DNA of 63,910 bases, the filler included, from Octopus bimaculoides (Eukaryota), in NCBI RefSeq assembly GCF_001194135.2. It is 3 parts of 3 records of this genome, joined end to end, with 100 filler letters (N's around TTAATTAATTAA, not from the genome) between each part and the next. Parts side by side here need not be neighbours in the genome. Positions count along the whole stretch, not along the records: positions 42,618 to 63,910 come from NC_068991.1; 2 more parts are not named here. The stretch is one strand, 5' to 3'. The position numbers and the translations under genes are program-made. Below the pieces are notes generated by a model that saw only the letters and a list, made by a program, of their open reading frames with translations, ran no database searches and had not been told where the DNA came from. How positions within the stretch are numbered: the first letter of the stretch is position 1; each line of letters opens with the position of its first letter. Below, one piece after another: positions 50,599 through 63,910 of the stretch.

Positions 50599-50811
50599 GG
50601 CGACGAGCAAGCATAAATGTTAGCACGCCGGGCGAAATGCTTAGCGATATTTCGCAGTTTACGTTCTGGGTTCAAATTCAGCTGGGGTCGACTTTACCGT
50701 TTATTCTTTCGGGGTCGATAAATTAAGTACCAGTTGCGTACTGGGGTCGATCTAATCGACTGGACCCCTCACTCCAAAATTTCAGGCCTTGTGCCTGGAG
50801 TAGAAATGATT
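50598..50811 (+). mobile_element. SINE family B, best-preserved copy
   Basis: gttagcacgccgggcgaaatgcttagc..gggttcaaattc..gtcgacttt..ctttcggggtcgataaattaagtaccag..ggggtcgatctaatcgac. The central block resembles the MetaSINE/Sauria-type domain as I recall it. Confidence 0.85.
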
Positions 50812-50834
50812 ATATATATATATATCATATTATA

Positions 50835-50891
<57 letters not shown>

Positions 50892-51338
50892 CACACACAC
50901 ATGATGTGTCTTTGTGTAGATGTGTGTGGTTTAGTGCTTAGGGTGTTGTATTTTAGATTGTGCGTTAGATCCCTAGACCGAGCAATGCGTTGTTTTCTTG
51001 AGCAAAACACTTCATTCACGTCGCTCTTAGCAACTCAGCCTGCAGAAATATGTAAGCCTGCGACGAGTCGCTGTCCCGTCCAGTGAAGTGTCAGGTGTCG
51101 GATATATGCACCTCAGAATCGAGGAAATCAGCCTTATGAACCGATAGCTCGGAAATGGCTATTCATCTCCCCACTTTTGATGGATTTCTGTTTGTCAACC
51201 GCTCAGCTTAAAATCTGGTGTTCGTTTGTTTACGCCCCGTCACATACTGGCTCCGTAAACAATACCAATAGAATAATTACCAGACTAAAAACCAAAAAAC
51301 AAAACAAAACAACAAAAGCAAATTATGGAAATAAATAC

Positions 51339-51707
51339 ATAGGAGTAGGAGTGGCTGTGTTGCAAGTAGCTTACTTACCAACTACATGGTTCCGAGTTCA
51401 GTTCAACTCCGTTGCACCTTAGGCAAGTGTTTTCTACTATAGCCTCGGGCTGACCAAAGCCTTGTGAGTGGATTTGGTAGACGAAAACTGAAAGGAATCC
51501 GTCATATATATATGTGTGCGTGTGTGTTATTTTTGTGTCTGTTCGTCTCACCACCATCACTTGACAACCGATGTTGGTGTGTTTACGTCCCGTAACTTAG
51601 CGGTTCGGCAAACGAAACCAATAGAATAAGTACTAAGCTTTCAAAGAATGAGTCCTGGGTCGATTTGGTCGACTAATAAGGTGGTGCTCCAGTATGGCCG
51701 CAGTCAT
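51339..51707 (+). mobile_element. Complete SINE family A copy
   Basis: Head + (TA/TG)n + tail, colinear with 15078-15486. Confidence 0.88.
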
Positions 51708-51711
51708 TACA

Positions 51712-52095
51712 AGGGAGAGGGTAAGTCGATTACATCGACCCCAGGGTTTAGCTGATACTTATTTTTATCGACCCCGAGAGGATGAAAGGTAAAGTCGACC
51801 TCTGCAGAATTTGAGCTCAGAAGGTTAAGGTGGACGAAATACTGCTAAACATTTTTTTGCCCAGCCTGGTGACGATTCTACCGTCTCACGGTTTTGGTTT
51901 CAAATGTGGGCACAAGACCAACAACTGTGGAGGAAGTGGTAAGTCGATTTCATCGACCACCATTACCCAACTGATACTTATTTTTTTGACCCCCGAAAGG
52001 ATGAGGGGTAACGTCGACTTCGGCGGAATTTGAACTCAGAACTTAAAGGCCGACGAAATCCGCTGAGTATTTTCCTCGGCGTGCTTACAACAACT
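51712..52095 (-). mobile_element. Two tandem SINE family B copies
   Basis: gacccc.a.aggatga...aa.gtcgac.tc...gaatttga.ctcagaa occurs at about 51770 and 51990. Confidence 0.8.
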
Positions 52096-55000
52096 CGCAG
52101 CCATATAATGATGTTATTATAACGAATTCTTCTTTCTCTGTCCCCAATCGCCCCTTGTCAACCGGTGTTGGTGCGTTTATGTCGCAGTAACATAGCAGTT
52201 CGGCAAAAGGAACCAATAAGATATGTATCAGGCTTTAAAAAATATAAGTGCTGGGGTCAATTCGTTCGATTAAACTTTTTCTTGGCTGTGCTCCAGCGTG
52301 TCTGCCGTCTAATGGTTGAAACAAGCAAATGATAAAAGGAAGATAAATTGGTACACAAACCATATAAAGAGCACATAAAACGTATATCTAATGCCATATA
52401 CAACCATATTTAGAACTGTTTACCATATATTGTACAAGATACGAAATGAAAGCATATATTTTCATTGAAGTACTTTGCTTTTGGCTCATAAAAATGTTTC
52501 TTTAAAGAAGGAAAACGAAGAAAAAACGATGAAAAAATGACGAATCTGATTGCCAGTGAGTGAGTGTTAAGTTTCCGTGAATATTTAATGTGTTTTAAGA
52601 AACTCGGTGATTTTATAAATGTCTTTTATTTCTACCGGAGTAATTTTCCTGAAAATTTCATGATTCCCTTGTTTGTCTGATTGTTTATTATAATCATTAT
52701 TGTCATTTTTATTATTTGTTTCGCTTTCAATATTCTTGCGCAAAATATAATTTCGCCTTTGTTTCATTTCATATCTCCCAGGCTTGTTATAAACAGTGAA
52801 GTAGTATTTTGACTTCACGCATACTGTATATTCTTGTTAGTCGACTGTTTCCCACCAACTGCTCTACAAATATCATCAGCTTCAATAGAGGTGGGATGTT
52901 ACACCATTCTGATATTATGGCGAATTAATCACAGAAATTTCAAATCAATATGAAAAATTAAAGAGAAGGCAACATTTGCCCTGAAGACGCGATTGTAAAA
53001 TTATAATTCGCTTCAAAAGATATTTTCACTTCAACTTCAGCAAATATGGCTGGAATTTGTAGAATGTTTGTTTCATATTTTCTGATTGTGATTAGATTTA
53101 GTTTTGCTTTAAATGTTATGCTACTTTTTAACTTATTATTGGTTATATTTTTGCTAATAAACGTGCAAGCGGAATATTCAACACACCAATCAACATGTTC
53201 CATATTATCGATCGATAAATGTTTAGCTATCGTTCACAGTATGACAAATAGTAATATTTTGTTTTAATTATCGTTTTCCAATCAAATGTATCCATCAGTA
53301 GGAGCTAGCCCTATTAATGTATGTTAAAACTCTCAAACTCCATTTATTTCATAGGATTTGAAACAATTATTGTTCGTTTGAGAAAGATTTGCATCAATGT
53401 ATATTGTGCTCCATTTCTCAAAGCGGCAAAATGTACAAAATATTATAGATAAACGCATAAAATATGGCGAAATGACTAGTAAAACTTTAACTGTATATCA
53501 CAGTTGCGGTTTTGATGTTTCCGATGCACTGGTTGAATTGACGAATATTTATTGCTGGTTTATAACTCCAGGAACGAACATACAGTTCTGACAATAGAAA
53601 CAATATAGTTTCGAACAAACTGAATATCAGTCATTACAGAGCAATCTTAAATACAAAAGATATTAATTATTGGTTAATATAAATATTGATTAATTCATAT
53701 GATCTATTACGTGTTAAGTAATTTTCTTAATACAATATTTGTCATGTCTACATCATCAAAGATTTGTTCTGGTAATTTTATGACTTATAAACAACCACGC
53801 TCAAAGGCCATGTATAGTTCCGACTGTACTGAGAATGAACGAGATGTAACTACGTCCATAACATGATTCTTCGGTTGTTTACTATTTTATATTAAATGTA
53901 TCCTTGAAGAATAGCATTGTTCGACCCTTAAACTCAAAGAAAGTTCCAACTGCAAAATCTCTGGTTCATTCAAAATGGTATTTTCTAGTTCAGCGTTGTT
54001 AAACTGGTAAATATTTGATAAAAAATCACAATAAAAATTATTTCGTATCAGATTCACGACTTCATTAAATCTTCATTCTTAAATTTAAGATTTTATATAT
54101 TCCATACATTTCATGGTTTCTCATAAACTCTCTTCTATAACTTCAAATAAATCTCATAATTTGACGACTTTATCCTGAATCGAGACCGCCAGAAAGAATG
54201 ATTATGTTGGTGTATAAAGATAGAAGGAGATAAGACCTTGTACAATTCATGGCTTTCATATACGTCATTGGACGTTAGGTTAGTCAAATATTGATTATAT
54301 TATGCGTTATATTTCATGTGGCACAAAATCCTATAGTTCCTGTAAAGAAAATAGTTACACCAATGACGTGCATATTCATGCATAATATATTGCAACAGAT
54401 ACGAAAGGAAATGTGTTAATTGCTGGTGCCTGTAGCTGATGAGACACAACAAAGTCGAATTAACTGTAATGTATTAAGAATGAGTATGCGGGTCATCGTT
54501 TCTATTCTCATTATTAATTGTATATATTACAATCTATAAAAGAGTAATGGACTATTATGATATTCGTATACATCATCCGAAAAATGTTTTTGATTGTCAG
54601 AAAAATGAAATTCATTTTGACCGGGATTCAAAATCGTATTGCAGATTTTCATACCCAGGTAGTTAAACTCTTGTTCAATAAACACCGCTACAATAAGAAT
54701 TTTGAAAGGGAGGATAACAAATTTATATATATATATATNNNNNNNNNNNNNNNNNNNNNNNNNNNNNNNNNNNNNNNNNNNNNNNNNNNNNNNNNNNNNN
54801 NNNNNNNNNNNNNNNNNNNNNNTATATATAAAGATATATACATAGATACAAACACACATATATATATATTACTAGTAGGGAATATATCACAAGGAAGTTG
54901 TTCTTTACTTCACTATCTATGTTCATGAATCTGGAAATATCTGGAGATCAGTATAATTCAGAGAAATAGATATTGTGTCTTTCATCTTTCATGTCTTTTG

Positions 55001-56425
55001 TAGAAATATTATGCATAGACGCTCGCTAAGAATGGAATCGATTGCTAATTATTTTTACACTGTGTTTGTTAGAGAGGTGAAGGGTAGGTTGGTTACTATT
55101 GTTTTTTTCCTTGATCAATCATGTTCGAGTACACACATGATTAAATCGTTCTAACAGTGACGACACTATCTTATATCAAACATACTGTAGCGGAATTTGA
55201 AGGCTTTGTTGCTATTTCTAACAATTCGAAAAACCACATTAGAAGATCTTTTGTCGCAGTCTCATTAAATCTGCTAGATTATAACGTTGACTCGTATATT
55301 TATTAGGGCGAAATAAATGTATTGACTGCATTGAACTAGACCACAAAGTCAGATTTTGCTTCTGAGAATATAGTCGATTAGTTTGATATAATAAAACCAC
55401 TACAAGTACTTAATTTAGCGATCAATCTCAGAACGCATGGAAAGCAAACCCGGTTGCAGAATGATTTAAACTCAGACAACAAAAGCCAAGGAACCTAATG
55501 CAGTAAGACATTTAATCCAATGCTTTATATTGTCTACCATCTCTATGCTCTACTGCAACTAATATATTTTTCATAGTTTATGTTTTCGCGTAGTTTAAGA
55601 TAAGAAAAGTTATAGATAAGAGACAGTGCCGAATAAAACCCCTCTCTGGAATTACAACTTAAGAAAACAAACAAACTACTATTTCAAAAATCTTGAAAGA
55701 AAATATTTAAGCTAGTAAAGTTGAACAAAATTAAATAACTTAAATATTTTATAAATAAAAATTTGGAAGTATCAAAGTAGTATTGAGTTGAGAAATAATT
55801 GGACATAGTTGTACATATATCTCTATTCCCGCGAGATCTAAAAGCATTTTGCAAACGATATCAAAGTTAAACAAGAAAAAGAACTAAAAAAAAAATTACA
55901 TGTGAGTGAAAAAGGAAAGCTTCTATGAAAATATATATTATATATACATTGATTTGTTTCATAATCTAGCTATCTAAAGTACAGAAACTGCACAACCTGG
56001 TCATTGATCGATAGATATGAGAAATAATTCAAATTTATCGTATTCATCAGATATTTTACAAAGCTTTTTAGATTTTTAGATTTTTTAGATTTCCTTAGTA
56101 AAGAAACAGTCGTTTGCTTCCGGTGCCAAAATATTTCTACTACGATTTGGCTTTTAATCAACTTTTCCATGAAACGCACGCTCAGACATACTGACATATG
56201 CACACATACACGTACATGTGTATACATGCGATTATTATATATGTATATTTATAAATGACCATATGTATGTATATATACACACNNNNNNNNNNNNNNNNNN
56301 NNNNNNNNNNNNNNNNNNNNNNNNNNNNNNNNNNNNNNNNNNNNNNNNNNNNNNNNNNNNNNNNNNNNNNNNNNNNNNNNNNNNNNNNNNNNNNNNNNNN
56401 NNNNNNNNNNNNNNNNNNNNNNNNN

Positions 56426-56490
<65 letters not shown>

Positions 56491-56959
56491 GTTTGTGTGT
56501 GTGTGTGTATGTGTGTGTGTGTGTGTTTATATGTAATTACATATATGCACACATAAATACATATATATATACATGCATGTATAAGCAAACTTATATGCAC
56601 ATAAATGCTTAGATATAGATGCGTGTATATATATGTATATTTATAAATGACCATATGTATGTATATATACACACCCATACATACGTATATATACACACAC
56701 ATACATGTGTACATGTGTGTGTGTACACATACACACACGCACGCACACACACTCACACAGACACACACACATATAAATCGTTATATCGGAAAGTGGTTTT
56801 TATTACTAAATATGCTTGTATATGCAACTAGAAATTGGTATCTGTGTATATATAGATATATGTGTGTATGGTTCTTTTGAACAATATCAGCCTCATGAAC
56901 AATATTGGCCATCATGTTAGTTTAATTAGATATGTAAAACTCGACAATGCAAGAAAAAT

Positions 56960-57565
56960 ATATTGATTTCAAGCGGAAGTACAGCAGTAAGACTTTATAT
57001 AGGAAGACAATGGTTGATTGAATTAGCATATTCTCTGAATTCAAAGTCGAGGCTACCGAAGCTGACTCTGGTGGAATTTGAAATCAGAATGCGGTGCATA
57101 CAGGCATATTTAGTAACATTTGCTTATTTTTTCTGCTATATGTACAGAGTCCAAAATTTTGAGATGGACGTTTATATTGTTTCCACGTTCAACTGCTAGT
57201 TATTATATTCACCCCGGAAGGATGAGAAGCAAAAGTTACCTCAATGGAATTTGAGCTCACAGTGCAAAAAGCCAGAAGAAATACCGACAAGATAGTTACT
57301 CGGTAAGCTAACGATGCTACTAGGTCACAAGCATTATATTTTGGTTTATAAAACATTACTTTCCAAATTCCAATTTTTAGATTTATATAAATGCCGCCAG
57401 TTAAGTGACACTTTCTCCAGCTTTAAGTTCTGAGTAAAAATTCCGCCATGGTCGAATTTTTCCTTCGCTCTTCCGAGGTCAAAAAGTAAGTACCAGTTGA
57501 GTACTGTGGTCGATGTAATAGACTAGCCGTCTCCCCTAAAATTTCAGCCTTTGTGCCTATAGTAA
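56960..57565. mobile_element. Three diverged SINE family B copies (two minus, one plus)
   Basis: Core blocks at about 57045, 57210 (-) and 57440-57520 (+). Confidence 0.65.
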
Positions 57566-57621
57566 AAATAATACACATATATGTATATGTATATATGTAT
57601 ATATATATATATATATGTGTG

Positions 57622-57652
<31 letters not shown>

Positions 57653-57959
57653 NNNNNNNNNNNNNNNNNNNNNNNNNNNNNNNNNNNNNNNNNNNNNNNN
57701 NNNNNNNNNNNNNNNNNNNNNNNNNNNNNNNNNNNNNNNNNNNNNNNNNNNNNNNNNNNNNNNNNNNNNNNNNNNNNNNNNNNNNNNNNNNNNNNNNNNN
57801 NNNNNNNNNNNNNNNNNNNNNNNNNNNNNNNNNNNNNNNNNNNNNNNNNNNNNNNNNNNNNNNNNNNNNNNNNNNNNNNNNNNNNNNNNNNNNNNNNNNN
57901 NNNNNNNNNNNNNNNNNNNNNNNNNNNNNNNNNNNNNNNNNNNNATATATATATATATA

Positions 57960-58400
57960 CATTCTGTGTACTGTAGCCATGCTGGGTGTAGAGTCTCGAA
58001 GTGTTTTATTCGAACAAATCGATTCCAGTACTTATAATTTAATTTTTTGTTAGTTTGGTACGTATTCTATCGGTTTTTTATTACTGGGTTGTTACGTTAG
58101 CAAGATAACACCCATTGTCAAGCGGTGGGGTTAACAAAGAGTCACACATATATACTCACATATACGCACACAAATACATGCAAACACAGATATACATACA
58201 CAAACACACACACATATACGTGCTTGCGCGCGCTTGTGTACTATGAGCTTCCACACAATTTCCGTCCATCAAATTCTCTCATAAGGCATTGGGCTGCCAG
58301 AGTCTAAACTAGAAGACACTTACCCAATATAATGCGCAGCGAGATTGACCCTGAAGCCACTTGGTTGCAAATCAAGCTTCTTAGCTACAAACCCATTCTT
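57960..58400 (-). mobile_element. Diverged SINE family A copy
   Basis: Tail at 57960-58140 and head at 58250-58400, with a CA/TA spacer. Confidence 0.65.
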
Positions 58401-59476
58401 GCATATTTATTAGAAACAAATAATTCAATGTTTTTTCTTACATGTTTTGCTGAACTTGTTGTGTAGTCCCCAGTTAACGCTGAAAAGGCAGACCTATACT
58501 CAGGGCTATTCTAACGAAGCCTTTACTGTTTTTCTTTTATGAGTAGAAACTTTAGGATCATATTATTAATTATGTCCTTTTTTTCAGACGATATTCTGTC
58601 ATTTGAGAGAGTTCTAGCTGTTGTTATTAGTATAGCAAGAAACCACGCAGACGCCTTCTACTTTATGTCTTTTCTTTTCGTGGCCTCTCTTCATTGGATG
58701 GCATCGGGTTGCTAGACAAAACTCTTTTTTTTTTCTGCCTTTGAAAAATTAACAGAAGAGTTCAGCACTTTCTTTCTCATACGTATCTGACAGAAACGTG
58801 AAGTGTTTAAATTATGCTTCCGTTTCAAATTAGTCGATAATTGAATTTAAATAATTTAATGTTAATAGATAATCTATTGTCATTTACACGAAGCTTATCG
58901 TAGTAGTTTAGTAGTTTTTTTATTGCTCAATCAGGAAGAAAATCAGGACCCATGACTGCATTCACTGTTACGTTGAAATAAGATATATGTATGTGTTTAC
59001 GTGCACATACATACATAATATAGTGGCTGCTTCCTCGTATACGAGTAAAGCCATTACTAGAAATAATCATTGAAATGAGTGTCATTGATGATACATTGTA
59101 AGGCTCTCATATGACTCTTTAGCCTTCTGTTGCTGAACAGCATGCACAGAGGATTTGTTTATAGTGACCAAATGTATGCACTGTGCGTTAGCTGAATCCC
59201 TCCATCAAATCGACGTTGCCGGAACATGTGCACTGTGTGCCATGTGTCAGGTGTCAAAGTGATCACAGAGCAATGTGATGTGAAGTGTTTTCCTCTAAAA
59301 CAAAGCACGACACTCGGTCTAGGCATTGGAAACACGATTTTGCAAACGTGAGTGCAATACCCTAACCACTTGGCCAAGGGCCCTCACTACACATGCACAC
59401 AAACACACACACATGCACACGCACACATACACACACATATACACACACATATACACACATATACACACAATCACAC

Positions 59477-59528
<52 letters not shown>

Positions 59529-61620
59529 TTGTGTGTGTGTGTGAGTGTGTGTGTGTCATTGTTCAGTTTTATTTCAAGATTTCTTGCCAATAACGAATGA
59601 GCCGGTTTCTAACCTAGATTCAAGGCTCCTTCACTGGATTTTCAACATCAACAACAGGGTATTTTGGTTTGCATGTATATGTATAGATTTGTATGTTTTG
59701 CCTTGTGTATATATTCTCATGAATCTAGTTGCATATCTAGACATGCTCATATATATCGAAATGATAAGCTTCTGGTCTGGATGTATTTGTGTGTGCGTTT
59801 ATGTGCATGTGTGTGTATTTGCGTGTCCGTGTATTTGCGTTTGAGTGTGCGAGTGTACATGCATGTGTGTGTGCATACATGTGTGTGATAGTGTGTAATG
59901 AGGATCTCGTTATAGTCACTGACCAAATCGTCAGCTTCAACGCATCCAGAACGAATTCCAAATACATAAGACAAAATCCACTTTCTGTATTTCAACAATG
60001 GCTGCTACAGAACAAGATGATTTCAATCTTAAAATTAAAAAAAAAAACAAGGGAAGTTGAAAACGAATGAAAGTATGGAAGTATTGAACATATTTGCTTA
60101 TTTCTTGGTTTACGTCTTTTTTCAATTTTGTTGTCTTTTTCTTTTTGACTAGGTATGCAAAAGTATGTCAGCTTGTTGAATAGAATTAGTAAATATGCCA
60201 TACATGTCTCTTCTTAAAATAATTAGTAGCAGAATGAAAGCTACATTGCTTCAACTACAAATTAAAATCTAGTTAAGGTGACAGTATATATAGCTAAGCT
60301 CAGTCTCTCATTCTCTCAGTCGCTTTGACGTTTCTCTTCTCCCTCTCTTCACATCACTCCTCCCCNNNNNNNNNNNNNNNNNNNNNNNNNNNNNNNNNNN
60401 NNNNNNNNNNNNNNNNNNNNNNNNNNNNNNNNNNNNNNNNNNNNNNNNNNNNNNNNNNNNNNNNNNNNNNNNNNNNNNNNNNNNNNNNNNNNNNNNNNNN
60501 NNNNNNNNNNNNNNNNNNNNNNNNNNNNNNNNNNNNNNNNNNNNNNNNNNNNNNNNNNNNNNNNNNNNNNNNNNNNNNNNNNNNNNNNNNNNNNNNNNNN
60601 NNNNNNNNNNNNNNNNNNNNNNNNNNNNNNNNNNNNNNNNNNNNNNNNNNNNNNNNNNNNNNNNNNNNNNNNNNNNNNNNNNNNNNNNNNNNNNNNNNNN
60701 NNNNNNNNNNNNNNNNNNNNNNNNNNNNNNNNNNNNNNNNNNNNNNNNNNNNNNNNNNNNNNNNNNNNNNNNNNNNNNNNNNNNNNNNNNNNNNNNNNNN
60801 NNNNNNNNNNNNNNNNNNNNNNNNNNNNNNNNNNNNNNNNNNNNNNNNNNNNNNNNNNNNNNNNNNNNNNNNNNNNNNNNNNNNNNNNNNNNNNNNNNNN
60901 NNNNNNNNNNNNNNNNNNNNNNNNNNNNNNNNNNNNNNNNNNNNNNNNNNNNNNNNNNNNNNNNNNNNNNNNNNNNNNNNNNNNNNNNNNNNNNNNNNNN
61001 NNNNNNNNNNNNNNNNNNNNNNNNNNNNNNNNNNNNNNNNNNNNNNNNNNNNNNNNNNNNNNNNNNNNNNNNNNNNNNNNNNNNNNNNNNNNNNNNNNNN
61101 NNNNNNNNNNNNNNNNNNNNNNNNNNNNNNNNNNNNNNNNNNNNNATATATATATATATATATATATAAAAAACTTTTTCTCATAGCTCTTCTTTAATTC
61201 CAACAAACGAGAGAATAGCTTACAGAATAATCTGAAACGTGATAATTAAAAAAAAAAACAAAGCAAAATCATCGCCTACATATTACCATAGAGATAAACC
61301 AGAAAATACTAAATATTATAGATATTTGTTAGCTATGGAAGTAATGTTTTTTTTTGGTTAGGTTTGGACTGGTAAACGTACCTGAAGGAATCGGCTCATT
61401 TAGAAACAAAAAATGAAATGGTTATATTTCTAGTTTTCTAAAACCATTCTTCCTTAGTCAGTTTAATATTGTTGTTTTTGCTATTGTTGTTGGTGTTCTT
61501 GTTACTATATGTATGTGTAATTTTGGAGATTGAGCACTCCACGATGTATTTCGTATGTCTACATGTATATGAATGTGTGTGTGTATATATATCTATATAT
61601 CTATATATCTATACATATAT

Positions 61621-61725
<105 letters not shown>

Positions 61726-61859
61726 CGGTCCTTCCGTAGCACCTACATAGCCTTGCCTTGCCATATATATCTATGTATGCGTGTGTGTGAGCGTGTATTT
61801 GTGTTTGTACCTCAGTCTCCATGTATATATATATATATGGGAGAATATACAAATAATAA

Positions 61860-62040
61860 CAACAGACGAGGACAGGTGGTGTAAATAACAAAAGTATATA
61901 TTAGTATGACGCTCGGGAATACGGAAAGTCTTCGACGTTTCGAGCTACGCTCTTCAACAGAAAGAATACGGAGACAAGGAGAAAAACACGGAGAAAAAAA
62001 ATTGAATAGTGTTCAGTCAACGGTAAAATTGAATAGTGTT
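61860..62040 (-). mobile_element. Short pLTR-like element with a variant hammerhead, between (TA)n tracts
   Basis: At 61929-61965, reverse strand: UCUUU-CUGUUGA-A-GAGC(GUA)GCUC-GAAA-CGUC-GAAGA. Same family as 17005-17165. Confidence 0.6.
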
Positions 62041-62422
62041 CAGTCAACGGTCAATCATATATATATATAAAACCAGTGGATAGATTCCACTGAAATTAGA
62101 TAAATAACCTTCGAGCAGATAGTCAGCAGCGCCGCCTGGCTAGGGCTTGGCTGCTCTGCATTGACAAAGGACAACACCCTGAAACTAGTCTGCAGATGCC
62201 AAACCAGCAGGGGGACACTGCTGACCTCCCCTGTTCGAAGGTTATAAAGGACACAGGTTTCGTGTGTCACATAGCTAGCTAGAGGCGATGGCTTCTTGGA
62301 GCTAATTCACGGCAGCTTTCGTCCTAATTTTGGGACTGCCATGTTGGCTTGGCGATAACTATTAATTTCCAGTACCGCTGCCGTAGTCTCCTTTAGAGAG
62401 ACTTAGAAATATTAATAACTCT

Positions 62423-62455
<33 letters not shown>

Positions 62456-62852
62456 GTAAAATAGAAGTTGAAAATGCATTGGGAATGGTTAAAATATTTT
62501 AATTAAGATATTTGAAGCTTTAACCGGTTTCACAATTTGCACTGATCTTCAAAAAATTCAGATAAAAAGTCGTGTCTTATGTTGCAGCTGTCTTGCTTCT
62601 GAATAGTGTTTGAAGTTTGCCCAGCTTTTATAGGGAGTTGATGGCTCAAATTAGTGTATGTTTTGAATAGGATTTGATTAGTAGAGGATAGTCACATGAC
62701 TGGTCTTATAAATTTTTGTAGGTTCCCTGCTACACGCCCGTGTGTTAGTATCAAGTGACAATGTTTGGCGTCGTAAGTCAAGGCTGTCCAAACAATCAAT
62801 GCTCTGAATGTTCTCTGTCAAGTGTCTAAGGAGTGTCTAAACAGATTCTAAA

Positions 62853-63459
62853 CAATACTTACTCCTCTCCTCATGCCACCCCAAACACACGAAGAATAAT
62901 ATCTCCTTCAATCTATCAAGAAAAATCTGCACAATTATCTCAAACCCCGAAACTCGAAATAAAAGACTCTAGGAATTAAAACAAGTACTACTTAAAAGAC
63001 AATACCCATTAATGCTAATAGACAATGGAATAGAGTGTGCCACAGTAATCAATACGAAAAGCGAAAAATGCTCCAGATACATCTAATAACCTACCCTTTA
63101 TTACAACACACAACCCTAGAAAAACTCAGGTTTACAATATTATCCACCAGAACATCCCACTACTAAAATAAGACCCAAGAATGAAACAAGCATTCAAAAT
63201 ACACTAGATAATCAAAAGTAAAAAACGATCAAAGTCCCTCAAAATGTTTCTTACAAGTGCTAAATTACCTTCCATAATTCCATCACCAACAGTCAAAAGA
63301 TGTGATCGCCCCAATTGTGGGACCTGCATCAACCTTATTGAAAACACAACATAGAAATTCAAATCAGGACAGACTTTTAGCGTAAAAAATCACTTTACAT
63401 GTTCTTCAAGAAATTTAATATACGCTAACAAATCTCAAGGATGTAATGACGATTACATC
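62853..63459 (+). mobile_element. Penelope-like element: RT C-terminus through Cys linker to start of GIY-YIG, degraded
   Basis: YLLLSSCHPKHTKNNISFNLSRKICTIIS..LKRQYP..LPFITTHNP..LTSAKL..VKRCDRPNCGTC..FTCSSRNLIY, with several stops. Confidence 0.85.
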
Positions 63460-63910
63460 CACCAGATTATTAAGGTCACGATAGACTACTCTACGAAACA
63501 CCTTAACCACAGACTGCCAGATACAGAAGTCAGGATGGAAACAGTGAATAATAAAAACACAATTCCTCAGTTCACACTATGCCAAACCTATGGCCTCCAA
63601 ATACCTGATCCATCGGCACTCAGTTATCATGGATAATGCGAAATTCAATACATTGATGGCAGAACTCATCAGAGTAATGAGAAATGTGTCCCGCATGTGC
63701 GACCCTACAGAGACAAAGAGTCACATACAACACTTCGTCCACCGCATGCAGTTCTCTGGATACATCCATAGAGAAAGGATCAGAGTATATAAAGGAGCCA
63801 TGAAAAAGTTTGAAACTATCATACGTAATGATAGGAATGCGATATCTGTTTCAACACACGAATTCCCATCAAACATCTTGGAAAACGAATACATAAAAGT
63901 ATATATATAT

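Noticed and set aside
53560-53620. QNC...SWSY resemblance to Cys-loop/chemotactile receptors on the minus strand
   Set aside because: The motifs are in different frames with wrong spacing, and no transmembrane segments follow.
54437-54465. CTGATGA-GAC..GTC-GAAT
   Set aside because: Core and a 3-bp stem II only, with no stem I or III pairing. Likely chance.

Overview
AT-rich, gap-ridden eukaryotic DNA, most likely an octopus genome (inferred from SINE families I recognise, not from a search). It has many N gaps and dense microsatellites. I find no protein-coding gene I can confidently name, and almost all long ORFs in the track are microsatellite or N artefacts. The window is mostly transposon debris: at least four tRNA-derived SINE families, a complete but dead mariner with TIRs, hAT, Tc2-like and piggyBac-like MITEs, a hAT(m)-like transposase fragment, and RTE, L1/Tx1, R4/Dong and Penelope-like retroelement fragments. 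The most interesting signal is a set of minimal type-I hammerhead ribozyme (HHR) motifs of the Penelope type. One sits in a 353-bp fold-back element flanked by a 12-bp direct repeat, with an HHR on each strand (44.2-44.6 kb). Others have variant catalytic cores. Also notable are three different R4/Dong 3' ends stacked in one (TAA)n tract, a dense cluster of housekeeping-promoter motifs at 40.15-40.25 kb, and a few weak exon or pseudogene candidates.
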